Shown here piece by piece: positions 41,518 to 51,144 of a DNA stretch of 64,000 nucleotides; within the stretch, counting starts at the first letter, position 1, and the number at the start of each line of letters is the position of its first letter. This DNA comes from Treponemataceae bacterium (GTDB taxonomy: Bacteria; Spirochaetota; Spirochaetia; Treponematales; Rectinemataceae): NCBI GenBank assembly GCA_963678065.2, contig CAXXVZ010000005.1:512001-576000 (forward strand), read 5' to 3'. The position numbers and the translations under genes are program-made. The notes beneath the pieces were generated by a model. The model ran no database searches and was not told the origin of the DNA. It saw only the letters and a program-made list of their open reading frames with translations.

Positions 41518-43167
41518 TCACTTCCCTTTCTTCGGCTTTGTGACCTCTGCCTGGCTAACCGCGGGCAGCAGTGGCAGCCCGAGCTCGGCGAGGAACTCGT
41601 TGTGCTTCTTTGTGGCATCGGCAATCGTGGCGTCCAGGGCCACGAGCTCGGCATGGGTCGCGACGAGGTCGATCTCCTCCTCGGCCACGGCGGTGCTCAC
41701 ATAGCGAGAGATATTAAGGTTGTAGTCATTGTCGGCTATCTCCCCCATGGGGACGCGGCGGGAGAAGCGCTCCTCCTCCGTCCGGAACTGATAGGCAGAA
41801 AGAATTTTTTCGATGTGCTCGGGGAGGAGGCGGTTCTGGCGCTTGCCCTTCTCGAAGAGCTCGGCCGCGTTGATAAAGAGGAGGTCGTCGGGCTTTTTGC
41901 ACTTTTTGAGCACGAGGATGCATACGGGAATGCCGGTGGAGAAGAAGAGGTTGGCCGGCAGGCCTATCACCGTGTCGATGTTGCCATCGATAAGAAGTTT
42001 ACGCCTGATCCGCTCCTCGGCCCCGCCGCGGAAGAGGACGCCGTGGGGCAGGATGATTGCCATGCAGCCTTCGGTGGCAAGGAAGTGGAAGCCGTGGAGG
42101 AGGAAGGCGAAGTCGGCCGCAGACTTGGGCGCGAGGCCGTAGTCCTTGAAGCGGAAATCCTCTCCCAGGGCCTCGGTAGGCTCCCAGCGGTAGCTGAAGG
42201 GCGGATTGGCGACCACCGCGTCGAAGAGCATCTTCTTGGCCGGGTTCTGTTCAGCGAGGATGCCCCAGTCGTTGAGCAGGGAGTCGCCGTGGTGGATCTC
42301 GAACTCCGAGTCCTTGACCCCGTGCAAGAGCATGTTCATCCGCGCCAGGTTGTAGGTGGTGATGTTCTTCTCTTGGCCGTAGATCTTGCCCAGGCCGTGG
42401 GGGCCGAGGCGGCGGCGCACGTTGAGAAGGAGGGAGCCCGATCCGCAGGCGAAGTCCAGGACCTTGTCCAGCTTCTTCTTGGGGCCCAGAGCTGGCTCCT
42501 GGCTGTCAAGGGTGACGATGCCCGAGAGGATGCTGGATATCTGCTGGGGCGTGTAGAACTCGCCCGCCTTCTTACCCGAGCCCGCAGCGAACTGGCCGAT
42601 CAGGTACTCGTAGGCATCCCCCAAGATGTCGCTGGAGGTCGAGAACTGAGCTATGCCCTCGGCCACTTTCGTGATGATGGTGCAGAGCTTGTCGTTCCGA
42701 TCCTTGTAGCTCCGGCCAAGTTTCTCCGAGTCGAGGTTGATCTCGGAGAAAAGGCCCTTGAAACTGCTCTCGAAGGACTCGTTCTCGATATAGCGGAAGC
42801 CGGCCTGTAGGGTCTTGAGGAGCTCCCCGTTCTGCTTGCGGGCCATCTCGGAAATCGAGCTCCAGAGGTGCTCGGGCCGGATCACGTAGTGGATCTTGCG
42901 CCGCAGCTGGGCTTCGAAAGCGTCGACGTCGCCGGGGTTAGCCTCGTACCAGCGGCTCAAGGGAGGGAGGCTCAATTCCTCCTCGATCTTCGGATAGTCC
43001 CGCCCGAGCTCCTTTTTAGCGGCAGCCTCGTAGTTGTCAGAGAGGTAGCGGAGGAAGAGGAAGGAGAGCATGTAGTCCCGGAAGTCGTCGGCGTTCATGG
43101 CGCCCCGGAGCTGGTCGGCGATGGACCACAAGGTGTTGCCGAGCTCGCGCTGGTCTTTATCGTTCAT
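41518..43167 (-). CDS. hsdM: Type I R-M methyltransferase subunit
   Basis: LWSIADQLRG, GDAYEYLI, GEFYTP, DFACGSGSLL, NPPF and LPHGVLFRG motifs. Confidence 0.97.
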   Translation of the reverse strand: MNDKDQRELGNTLWSIADQLRGAMNADDFRDYMLSFLFLRYLSDNYEAAAKKELGRDYPKIEEELSLPPLSRWYEANPGDVDAFEAQLRRKIHYVIRPEHLWSSISEMARKQNGELLKTLQAGFRYIENESFESSFKGLFSEINLDSEKLGRSYKDRNDKLCTIITKVAEGIAQFSTSSDILGDAYEYLIGQFAAGSGKKAGEFYTPQQISSILSGIVTLDSQEPALGPKKKLDKVLDFACGSGSLLLNVRRRLGPHGLGKIYGQEKNITTYNLARMNMLLHGVKDSEFEIHHGDSLLNDWGILAEQNPAKKMLFDAVVANPPFSYRWEPTEALGEDFRFKDYGLAPKSAADFAFLLHGFHFLATEGCMAIILPHGVLFRGGAEERIRRKLLIDGNIDTVIGLPANLFFSTGIPVCILVLKKCKKPDDLLFINAAELFEKGKRQNRLLPEHIEKILSAYQFRTEEERFSRRVPMGEIADNDYNLNISRYVSTAVAEEEIDLVATHAELVALDATIADATKKHNEFLAELGLPLLPAVSQAEVTKPKKGK

Positions 43168-43517
43168 TGCAGTGCTCCCAAGGCAGTTGCTTCTTCAAGC
43201 CCTAGCTCGGTGCGGACGAACAGGGGTCGGGCGGCCTGGTCGATATGGGCGCGGAGGGGAGTGTAGGCGATCGAGTTGTAGCTTTTTACGTCCACCGAGA
43301 TCGACAGACTGCTCTCCCGGAACAGGGTGCTCAAGCGGGCGCAGAGAGGGTCATCGACCTTGCCGAAAAGCACGAGGTCGATATCGGAATTGGGGCGATA
43401 GGTCCCCTGGGCGCGGGAGCCGAAAACGGAGACGGCTTCGATTTTATCCCCTGCCTGGCCCAGAATTTCTCGGATAATGGCGCGATCCTCGCCGCTGAGG
43501 CCGTAGCTATCGGTCAT
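43164..43517 (-). CDS. Minimal nucleotidyltransferase (MNT) antitoxin
   Basis: GS-X10-DXD motif (FGSRAQGTYRPNSDIDL); 117 aa; ATGA overlaps on both sides. Confidence 0.9.
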   Translation of the reverse strand: MTDSYGLSGEDRAIIREILGQAGDKIEAVSVFGSRAQGTYRPNSDIDLVLFGKVDDPLCARLSTLFRESSLSISVDVKSYNSIAYTPLRAHIDQAARPLFVRTELGLEEATALGALQ

Positions 43518-43936
43518 TCGCCCTCGCCCATGTCCTTCGCCATGAGGAAATCGTAGAGCTCCTCGAAGGCGGAGAGGTAGCCAGCCTTGATATCGGCGAT
43601 CACCTGCTCGAAGACCTTGATGTCGTAGGTGTGGGACATGAGGTTCCGTGCATCCAGGGCCTTTTGCCAGACCTCGCCCTGACGAATGACACCCGCCTCG
43701 AAGGCGCTCCTGATGACTGTCCGAGGGGTGACCTGGTCCAAGACCAGGCCTTCGCTCTCCAGGTAATCCTTCAAAGTCTTCCAGGCGAGCTCGGTGCTGT
43801 ACTCGAAGCGCTGGATCAGGCCTTCCTTCTCGAGCTGAGAAAGAGGCTCTTCCTTGTCCACCGCCTCGCGCAGGAGGGTAAAGGCTCGGCGATAATTGGC
43901 GAAGCGGTACTTCCATCTGGGAGTCGGGTCGCTCAT
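43514..43936 (-). CDS. HEPN protein, HI0074 family (putative RNase toxin)
   Basis: GLIQRFEY..ELAWK.LKDYL and R-X4-H-X-Y (RNLMSHTY) motifs. Confidence 0.9.
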   Translation of the reverse strand: MSDPTPRWKYRFANYRRAFTLLREAVDKEEPLSQLEKEGLIQRFEYSTELAWKTLKDYLESEGLVLDQVTPRTVIRSAFEAGVIRQGEVWQKALDARNLMSHTYDIKVFEQVIADIKAGYLSAFEELYDFLMAKDMGEGE

Positions 43937-45075
43937 GGATGATTCGTCTCCTTCGTGCCACTATTGTATACGCTGCTCATCGATCGCGCAGCTCCGTCCG
44001 TGTCGTCTGCGAAAAGCTCGGGATCGAACGGATAGCGGTCCAGGAAGTCAGTGAGGATCCTCCTGAAGTACTCCTTGTTCTCCTCCAGCATCTCCTGGGG
44101 CTCGTAGAGTGAGTAATTGCCATGGCTGAGGATGTTGACGATCCTCGAGAACACGGTGCCGTCCGGATCGTCGTCGCCGCGCTTTAAGCAGGCCGAGAAG
44201 TTCTCGTAGCCGTGGAAATGCGCCGTCTTCTCAAGGATACTCCGTAGGACATTGAAATGATAGGTATAGAGCTTCCCAGCCTTGGCGGCACGGAAAAGCT
44301 CTTGGAGCATAGCGACGTGGTAGAAGAAGGGCGTTTCGTTCGTGGACTTGAGCGAATACTCTCCCGATGCCTCGGAATGGTCGAGAAAGCAGGACTCGGT
44401 CTGCTTCTTGTGCCTGAGCTCGTTCCACATCACATTGAAGAAGAGGGCGTGATGGGAGGAGATCACGAAGCGATGGCCGTCCCTGTGGGCCTTCAGAAGC
44501 TGGGCGAGGTCGCTCGCCACGGCGATGGCGTTGTTGTCGTCAAGGGAGGATATGGGATCATCCACATAGATGTATTTGACCCAGGCGTAGTCGGCGACTC
44601 CTTCGAGCGCCATCTTGCAGATAGCCAGGAAGAAGCACCAGATGAAGATGTTTTCCTCGCCCCGGGAGATCTTGATGTCCTCCGAGTCGTCCCGGTAGAA
44701 GGAGACGAACCACTGATCATAGTCGATCCGGAAGTTGAAACTCGCATAGCGCGATAGGTACTCACCGATCCTCTCCTCAATATTGATGTCCGCGATGCCC
44801 TTGAAGAAGCGCGATCCTGAGTTGATCCGCAGCCTGCGCGCGCTGTCGCCCTCGAGGTCGTTGTCCCAATAGAAGAGGTCCTCGGTGTAGGCGTTGAAGT
44901 AGAGAGTATCCCGAGCCTCCCCTCGCTTCCCCTCGTCCTTGAAGGCCATGGAGAGCCGAGTCTTGCCCGTGCCGTTGTAGGCGTAGATAAGGAGGAACTT
45001 CTTCTCCTCGAGGACAACGCGGAGATGGGATGCGAGGTCCTCGATGGTGGGATATTTGGTAATGGGGTCGCTCAT
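43933..45075 (-). CDS. prrC: PrrC-family anticodon nuclease (ABC ATPase plus HEPN)
   Basis: IYAYNGTGKTRLS, YFNAYTEDLFYWDND (PrrC box), ISRGEE, DDPISSLDDN, YHFNVLRSILEKTA and RIVNILSH motifs; lies inside a type I hsd operon. Confidence 0.88.
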   Translation of the reverse strand: MSDPITKYPTIEDLASHLRVVLEEKKFLLIYAYNGTGKTRLSMAFKDEGKRGEARDTLYFNAYTEDLFYWDNDLEGDSARRLRINSGSRFFKGIADINIEERIGEYLSRYASFNFRIDYDQWFVSFYRDDSEDIKISRGEENIFIWCFFLAICKMALEGVADYAWVKYIYVDDPISSLDDNNAIAVASDLAQLLKAHRDGHRFVISSHHALFFNVMWNELRHKKQTESCFLDHSEASGEYSLKSTNETPFFYHVAMLQELFRAAKAGKLYTYHFNVLRSILEKTAHFHGYENFSACLKRGDDDPDGTVFSRIVNILSHGNYSLYEPQEMLEENKEYFRRILTDFLDRYPFDPELFADDTDGAARSMSSVYNSGTKETNHP

Positions 45076-46421
45076 CGATCGGCCTCGGCGGCGGAGGGGA
45101 AGAGTCCCTGCATGAGGCCCTTCTTGTAGGTCTTGAGTTTCTCGATCTGAGCCGCCTGGGCGACGATGAGATCGTCGAGGGAGGAGAGACAGGAGGATAT
45201 CTTGATTTGTTCATCATACGATGGACGGTATAATGAGAAAGACCGGATCTGGGCAAAGTTTAATCCCTGTCTGTTCCCACCAGCCTGGAAACTATCGATT
45301 TGCTTCTGCCCAATTTGCGATAATAAGAACTGATTTAGGAAATAAGGATTTAGTGCGTGTTCCTTAGTGCGAATTATACAGACATGTTGATTAACATTGC
45401 CGCCATGTATTCTTGAATCCGCAACTGCGCTCCTTCCAATAGAGGCGCCGGTTATATTTAACAGGACATCTCCTTCTGTAACTTCAGTTGCTGAGAATGT
45501 TGAATGCGTAGCCTCGTCAATATTCACTACATCATCAAGAATCAAATTCCCCCAACCAACATTCTGGCTACGGATGAATGGCCTCCCACTTCTTTTGTAA
45601 TTCACCTCGCCGCCGAGGGGTGTAATACCGCTACCGACTTTTACAGTCAATCGACCAAGTTCATTCTCATCCCACTCCCCGGCATCCCTGAACTCCGGGA
45701 AACGCAGCCTCGGCACACTCTCTCCCTCCGCTGGGAAGAGCTGCTGCATGAGGCCTTTCTTGTACTTCTTGAGGGCATCGAGCTTTTTCGAGTGAGTGGC
45801 TATGAGAGCATCGAGGGATGAGAGGCAGGAGGCGATTTTTAGCTGCTCTGTTTTGTTCATCGGGTAGATAACATTTGTTTTATTTGCATTCTCAATCGTA
45901 TACGTTCCGACTGTCCCGATACCGGCAGCTTTAATTATTTGTTGTTGAATAAAGTCGCTAAGGAAAAGCATTAGCAAAAACGATCCAAGAATTTCATGTT
46001 CATCGTTCTGAAGCCAAATGATATTGCCGTCTTTAAAATAGAAGCGATCATGCAGTTTCACTAAATATGGAATACCAATTGAGCCAACTCCCGTAACTAG
46101 TAGATCACCAGCTTTTATTTCTCCACTCAGGTTAGTATTCACTTGATATAACTTTTCACTGATATATAGCGGGGAGATTCTTTCTCCGTTATTTAGGGCA
46201 ACTAACTCACGGGCGCGATAGAATGGCACCCCCTCCTTTGCCCAATCAGCTTCGTAAATTCGTTTGCACGAAGTTATATTCAGAACCTGTCCAAGATATT
46301 TCTCTTCCCACTCCCCCGCATCCCTGTATTCCGGAAAACGTAACCTAGGCACGCGCCTACCCGCATGCTTCGCCTGGGCGCGCGGCGGACTCGCGCGTAC
46401 GAAATCGCCTTTATTTCTCAT
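45072..46421 (-). CDS. hsdS: Type I R-M specificity subunit
   Basis: Two copies each of VPRLRFPE.RDAGEW and EQ.KI.SCLSSLD.LI...KKGLMQ.LFP around two AT-rich TRDs. The ATG overlaps the hsdR stop. Confidence 0.95.
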   Translation of the reverse strand: MRNKGDFVRASPPRAQAKHAGRRVPRLRFPEYRDAGEWEEKYLGQVLNITSCKRIYEADWAKEGVPFYRARELVALNNGERISPLYISEKLYQVNTNLSGEIKAGDLLVTGVGSIGIPYLVKLHDRFYFKDGNIIWLQNDEHEILGSFLLMLFLSDFIQQQIIKAAGIGTVGTYTIENANKTNVIYPMNKTEQLKIASCLSSLDALIATHSKKLDALKKYKKGLMQQLFPAEGESVPRLRFPEFRDAGEWDENELGRLTVKVGSGITPLGGEVNYKRSGRPFIRSQNVGWGNLILDDVVNIDEATHSTFSATEVTEGDVLLNITGASIGRSAVADSRIHGGNVNQHVCIIRTKEHALNPYFLNQFLLSQIGQKQIDSFQAGGNRQGLNFAQIRSFSLYRPSYDEQIKISSCLSSLDDLIVAQAAQIEKLKTYKKGLMQGLFPSAAEADR

Positions 46422-49377
46422 ACGCCGCCAGTCCCGAGATGTCCCGCCCACCCGCAATCTTGTGCAGGTAGGGCGCGAGGTCGTTCATGAGGCTCAGCTC
46501 TTTCTGAGTCCTGGCCTTCCAGCCCAAGTCGAGGGGGGCGAGAAGCTCGCTCAGAGTCTCGCCGTCGAAGATCATGCGGGCCATGATGCCCTCCACGAAG
46601 GTCATAAATGAAGCCGGGTCGAGGCCGTGTTTTTGGGCCATAACAGCGAGAATTTGGGCTTCCTTCTCGACCTTGAAGGCCTCGTAGCCCGTGCGGATCT
46701 CCTTTTCGTTCAGCGCCTCGCCGGCCTTGAGAGTCCGTATGTACTCGGCTATATCCTCGCCCTCGCCTGCGAACTTGGAGTCGGCCTTGATAATGCCGAT
46801 GAGCTGATCCCGAGTCATGCTCTGCTTGGTCGGCGCGGCCTGTGTGTAGTTCGAGATGAGACGCATGATGTAATCGTAGTCGATGAGGGCCGAGGCGAAG
46901 AGAACGAACTCGAAGTCCAGCTCCTGCGCTCCCACGATCACCTCGTCTGTCCTGCCCCGCTCCTCCCGCATGCGCTGGGCAGTCTCCAGGTACACCCCCC
47001 GGAATCCCTGGAGCCGATCGGTGGAGATCGCGCCTTCGATCTCCGCTTTTTCCTTGGAGCCGAGGTGGGTGTACTGGTCGAGCTGGGTCTTGTGGCGCTG
47101 CACTTCCTTGAAGAGGTTGATGAACTGGGCTCGGGCCTCGTCGCCCTTGAGATTGGGCACTTCCTCAGGGAGGCTCTTGAGGCCCTGGGAGGCCATGAAC
47201 TCGTCCAGGGCGGCCACCGCCGTCTTGAGCTTCCCGATCACAGCGGGGGCCGGGTCGACTAGCCAGATCTCCTTGGCCCGCTCCGTCGCTTCGCCTGAGA
47301 AGAGGGTTATGGCCTCGTCCACTTCCTTCTGCTGGCCTCGGAAGTCCAGGATGTTGCCAGCGGGCTTCGTGTCGTTGAGCACCCGGTTGGTGCGAGAGAA
47401 GGCTTGGATGAGGCCGTGGTACTTGAGGTTCTTGTCCACATAGAGGGTGTTGAGGTACTTCGAGTCAAAGCCCGTGAGGAGCATGTCCACAACGATGGTG
47501 AGGTCGATCTTCTTCTCCCGGGGATAGTCCTGATTCGAGTACTGCTGGTCCTTTATGCGCTTCTGAACGTCTTGGTAGTAGAAGTCGAAGTTGTTTATGT
47601 CGTGGTTCGTACCGTAGTGCCTATTGTATTCGGCGATGATGGCCATGAGGGCCGCCTTTTTCTTGTCGGGCTCCACCTCGTTGTCAGCCTTCTCTTGGGG
47701 CAGGTCTTCCTGGATCTGCTGCACGTCCTTGTTCCCCTCGGCGGGGGGCGAGAAGACGCAAGCCACGCCCAGTGGCCGGAAGGATGGATCCTTGGCCGCG
47801 CGCTCGGCCTGGACTGCCTTGAAGAGAGAGTGGTACGCGATGGCGTCGTTGATCGAGGCAGTGGCGAGGAGGGCATTGAACTTGCGGCTTCCGGTGGAGG
47901 CGTCGTGCTTGTCCAGTATCGCCTCCACGACCGCCTTCTGGGCCAGCGCCTCGCCGGGCTTCGGCGCCCCTTCGCCCTCGCTCTTGTAGTAGTCCACCCG
48001 GAAGCGTAGCACGTTCCGGTCCTCTATGGCGTTGGTGATGGTATAGGCATGGAGGCACTTCTGGAAGATGTCGTCGGTGGTCCGGTAAGAGCCCTCCTCT
48101 CCCTCGAACTGCTTGTAGCTTGCGTTCGCGTCGAAGATGGGCGTGCCGGTGAAGCCGAAGAGCTGGGAGTTGGGGAAGAACTCCTTAATGGCTTTGTGGT
48201 TCTCCCCGAACTGAGAGCGGTGGCACTCATCGAAGATGAACACCATGCGCCTCTCGCGCAGGCCCTCAAGACGCTCTTTGTACTTGCGCGTGCTCCCGCC
48301 CTCCAGGGCTAGGCCGAGCTTCTGGATCGTGGTTACGATGACCTTGTTCGCGTAGTCGTCGGAGAGGAGGCGCCGCACCAGGGTTTCGGTGTTCGTGTTC
48401 TCCTCGACGCAGCCTTCCTGGAAGCGGTTGAACTCCTCCCGGGTCTGGCGGTCCAGGTCCTTGCGGTCCACAACGAAGAGGCACTTGTAGATGTCGTCGT
48501 TGTCCTTGAGGAGCGTCGAGGCTTTGAAGGAGGTAAGGGTCTTGCCCGAGCCGGTGGTGTGCCAGATGTAGCCGTTGCCCCGGTTCTGGTGGATACAGTC
48601 CACGATGGCTCTGACTGCGTAGATCTGGTAGGGCCGCATCATAAGGAGCTTGCGCTCACTGGCCACTAGAACCATGTAGCGGTTTATCGTCTGGCCGAGC
48701 GTACACTTGGGGAAGAAGCTCTCGGCGAAATCGTCGAGCTGGACGATTTTGCGGTTCGTCTCGTCGGCGAACTGGTAGAGAGGGAGGAACTTCTCGTCGG
48801 CGCCGAAGGAGAGGTGCCGCTCATCGTTGTTGGCGAAGTACCATGTGTCGGTACGATTTGACACAATGAAGAGCTGCATGAAGCAGAGGAGGCTGTTCGT
48901 GTAACCGTTGCCCACCTCCTTCTTGTAGTCGACGATCTGCTGCATGGCCACCCGGGGCTGGATGCCCAAGGCCTTGAGCTCGATCTGCGCGAGGGGCAGA
49001 CCGTTTATGAGGATGATCACGTCGTAGCGCTGGTTCGAGTTCTTCGTGTTGATGTGGAGCTGGTTCACCGCCTCGTAGCTGTTCTTGCACCAGTCTTTGA
49101 GGTTCACCAGCGAGAATTGCAGGGGTGTGCCGTCGTCCCGCATAAAGGTGTTGTACTCCCGGAGGCGGCTGGCCGAAGCGAAAACGTCGGGGTCGACGAT
49201 CTGGTCCAAGAGGCGGGCGAACTCGGAGTCCAGGAGCTTCACGCGGTTGAGCGCCTCGAACTTCTCCCGGAAGTTGCGCTCAAGGGCTTCGCGGTCGCGG
49301 ATTTCCGGGCGGTAGTCATACTTTAGGTCAGTAAGTTTCGCGATAAAGGCTTGCTCGATCTGGCTTTCGGTTGTCAT
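46411..49377 (-). CDS. hsdR: Type I R-M restriction subunit
   Basis: RYDV..LINGLP..QIELK, HTTGSGKT, DECHRS, FGFTGTP, MLLTGFD and QAFSRTNR motifs. Confidence 0.97.
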   Translation of the reverse strand: MTTESQIEQAFIAKLTDLKYDYRPEIRDREALERNFREKFEALNRVKLLDSEFARLLDQIVDPDVFASASRLREYNTFMRDDGTPLQFSLVNLKDWCKNSYEAVNQLHINTKNSNQRYDVIILINGLPLAQIELKALGIQPRVAMQQIVDYKKEVGNGYTNSLLCFMQLFIVSNRTDTWYFANNDERHLSFGADEKFLPLYQFADETNRKIVQLDDFAESFFPKCTLGQTINRYMVLVASERKLLMMRPYQIYAVRAIVDCIHQNRGNGYIWHTTGSGKTLTSFKASTLLKDNDDIYKCLFVVDRKDLDRQTREEFNRFQEGCVEENTNTETLVRRLLSDDYANKVIVTTIQKLGLALEGGSTRKYKERLEGLRERRMVFIFDECHRSQFGENHKAIKEFFPNSQLFGFTGTPIFDANASYKQFEGEEGSYRTTDDIFQKCLHAYTITNAIEDRNVLRFRVDYYKSEGEGAPKPGEALAQKAVVEAILDKHDASTGSRKFNALLATASINDAIAYHSLFKAVQAERAAKDPSFRPLGVACVFSPPAEGNKDVQQIQEDLPQEKADNEVEPDKKKAALMAIIAEYNRHYGTNHDINNFDFYYQDVQKRIKDQQYSNQDYPREKKIDLTIVVDMLLTGFDSKYLNTLYVDKNLKYHGLIQAFSRTNRVLNDTKPAGNILDFRGQQKEVDEAITLFSGEATERAKEIWLVDPAPAVIGKLKTAVAALDEFMASQGLKSLPEEVPNLKGDEARAQFINLFKEVQRHKTQLDQYTHLGSKEKAEIEGAISTDRLQGFRGVYLETAQRMREERGRTDEVIVGAQELDFEFVLFASALIDYDYIMRLISNYTQAAPTKQSMTRDQLIGIIKADSKFAGEGEDIAEYIRTLKAGEALNEKEIRTGYEAFKVEKEAQILAVMAQKHGLDPASFMTFVEGIMARMIFDGETLSELLAPLDLGWKARTQKELSLMNDLAPYLHKIAGGRDISGLAAYEK

Positions 49378-49639
49378 ACGCCAGCAACCTCAATGACGTC
49401 TTTTATAATATTGCCAACGCAGCCAATGGTAACTTCAACCGCATTATCTGCTGACAGCGGATACTTCATGGTATGCATTGCGCTAAGTCCTTTACTAATA
49501 AAGCATCATGAGGAACGCGTTCGAGCGACATGGTACCTCAGAAACCGGCGGGGAGCAAGATGACTTGTTCCTGAATCTTGATCCCGAACCAAGCGTTTCA
49601 ATGTTGGCGGTCAGGGCGAGATGATGCGACGCCCGGCCG

Positions 49640-50317
49640 CTAGTTCGCCGATTCGACGATTGCCTTCAGATGTTCCATCCCCGAAAGCAGGCTGGAGAGT
49701 ACAGGCTTGCCCGTCGCCGCGACAAGCTCGTTCTCGATGACGGACATCGATGCCTGGGCGAGGAGAAAAACGTCCGCCTGGTCGGCCAGTTTGGCTGCAG
49801 TTTCGAGGATGATCCGGTTGTGGCTGGCCGCGTCCCCGCCGATGAGGGCCTGGAACGCTCCGTCGGCCAAGCCGTTCACCATGATGACATCGCGGTTTTC
49901 ACGCTTCGCCATCATTTCCACGTAGCGCATGGTCGGCCCGAGAGTCGTCGGGAGGGTCGCGAGCACGGCGATCCGCGTCCACTTCCGGACTGCCTGACGC
50001 GCCATCGCTTCGTCGATGCGGACGATGGGAATCTTCACGAAGCTGCGCGCAGCCTCGGTCGCGTCGCCGATCGACGAGCATGTCGTGAAGATGTAGTCGG
50101 CGCCGGCCTCTTCGGCCGACCAATAGTGGTAGAGGAGGCGCCTCGCCGAGGCAGAGGTCACGCATCCGTCGCGGATGACCTGGCCGATGTAGCCCTCGTC
50201 CACGATGTTGACGAGCCTGAGCTCGGGCATCATCTGTCTGAACAATTCGGTGCAACGCGACACCAGAGTGGGGGCCGTGTAGAAGGCCGCCACGGTGATC
50301 TGTCTGGATTGGTCCAT
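49640..50317 (-). CDS. Asp/Glu/hydantoin racemase-fold protein with a single catalytic-position cysteine
   Basis: TCSS, RIDEAMA and LATLPTT motifs. LAQASM stands where racemases have GCT. Confidence 0.75.
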   Translation of the reverse strand: MDQSRQITVAAFYTAPTLVSRCTELFRQMMPELRLVNIVDEGYIGQVIRDGCVTSASARRLLYHYWSAEEAGADYIFTTCSSIGDATEAARSFVKIPIVRIDEAMARQAVRKWTRIAVLATLPTTLGPTMRYVEMMAKRENRDVIMVNGLADGAFQALIGGDAASHNRIILETAAKLADQADVFLLAQASMSVIENELVAATGKPVLSSLLSGMEHLKAIVESAN

Positions 50318-50322
50318 ATTCG

Positions 50323-51144
50323 TCAACCTTTGAGCGATCCGGCCGTGAGGCCGTCGATTATGTATCGCTGCATCGAGAAATACACGATGAGCATGGGAGC
50401 CATGACGAGCATCATGAAGGCGAAGACGATGCCCCAGTTCGTCTGGTACTGCGAGACGAAGCTGTAGATCGAGATCATGATCGTCCACTTCCTGAAATCG
50501 GAAACGAGATAGAAGGAGCCGAAAAAGTCATCCCAGACCGCTATCGAGACGACGATCGTCGTGGTGACGACGACGGTCATAAGTAGGGGCATGACGATCT
50601 GGAAAAACATGCGCAGGTATCCGCAGCCTTCCAGTAAGGCCGATTCGTCGAGCTCCTTCGGGATCGTCTTCATGAATCCCGTCAGGAGGAAAATCGAGAA
50701 AGGAAGGTTGACCGCCATGTAGTACAGGATGATTCCGGGATACGTGTTGTGCAGATGGAGGCTCATCATGAGACGGATCGTCGGAATGATGGACACCGGA
50801 ATTATGAGGCCCAGAAAGAACACGAGGTAGGCGGCGCGGGAGAAGCGTCCCGGTCTTCTCTGGATCACGAAGGCCGCCATCGCCGCGAATATGTCGGTGA
50901 GAAGGACGGTCACCACACCGATTATCAGCGTGTTGAGGAATCCCCTGAGCACGGAGGGCTTCGAGAGCACGACGGAATAATTCTTCCAGACGAATTCCTT
51001 CGGCCAGGCGAGGCTGAAGAGGGCGGACTCGCGGGCGTTCTTGAAGGAACTGATGAAGATCATCGCGAAGGGCACGATTATCACGAGCGAGACGAGGGCG
51101 CTCGCGGCGAAGAGCGCTATCTGCGCGGGTTTTCTGGTTTTCAC
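50323..51144 (-). CDS. Carbohydrate ABC permease
   Basis: SSFK, W.NY, IPKELDESALLEG and YIIDGLTAGSLKG motifs. The GTG start overlaps the upstream stop. Confidence 0.92.
   Translation of the reverse strand: MKTRKPAQIALFAASALVSLVIIVPFAMIFISSFKNARESALFSLAWPKEFVWKNYSVVLSKPSVLRGFLNTLIIGVVTVLLTDIFAAMAAFVIQRRPGRFSRAAYLVFFLGLIIPVSIIPTIRLMMSLHLHNTYPGIILYYMAVNLPFSIFLLTGFMKTIPKELDESALLEGCGYLRMFFQIVMPLLMTVVVTTTIVVSIAVWDDFFGSFYLVSDFRKWTIMISIYSFVSQYQTNWGIVFAFMMLVMAPMLIVYFSMQRYIIDGLTAGSLKG

Noticed and set aside
40527..49639. Defence island as an autonomous mobile element
   Set aside because: I saw no integrase, transposase, tRNA target or convincing terminal repeat; only a short AACGCGTT palindrome is shared by the two ends.
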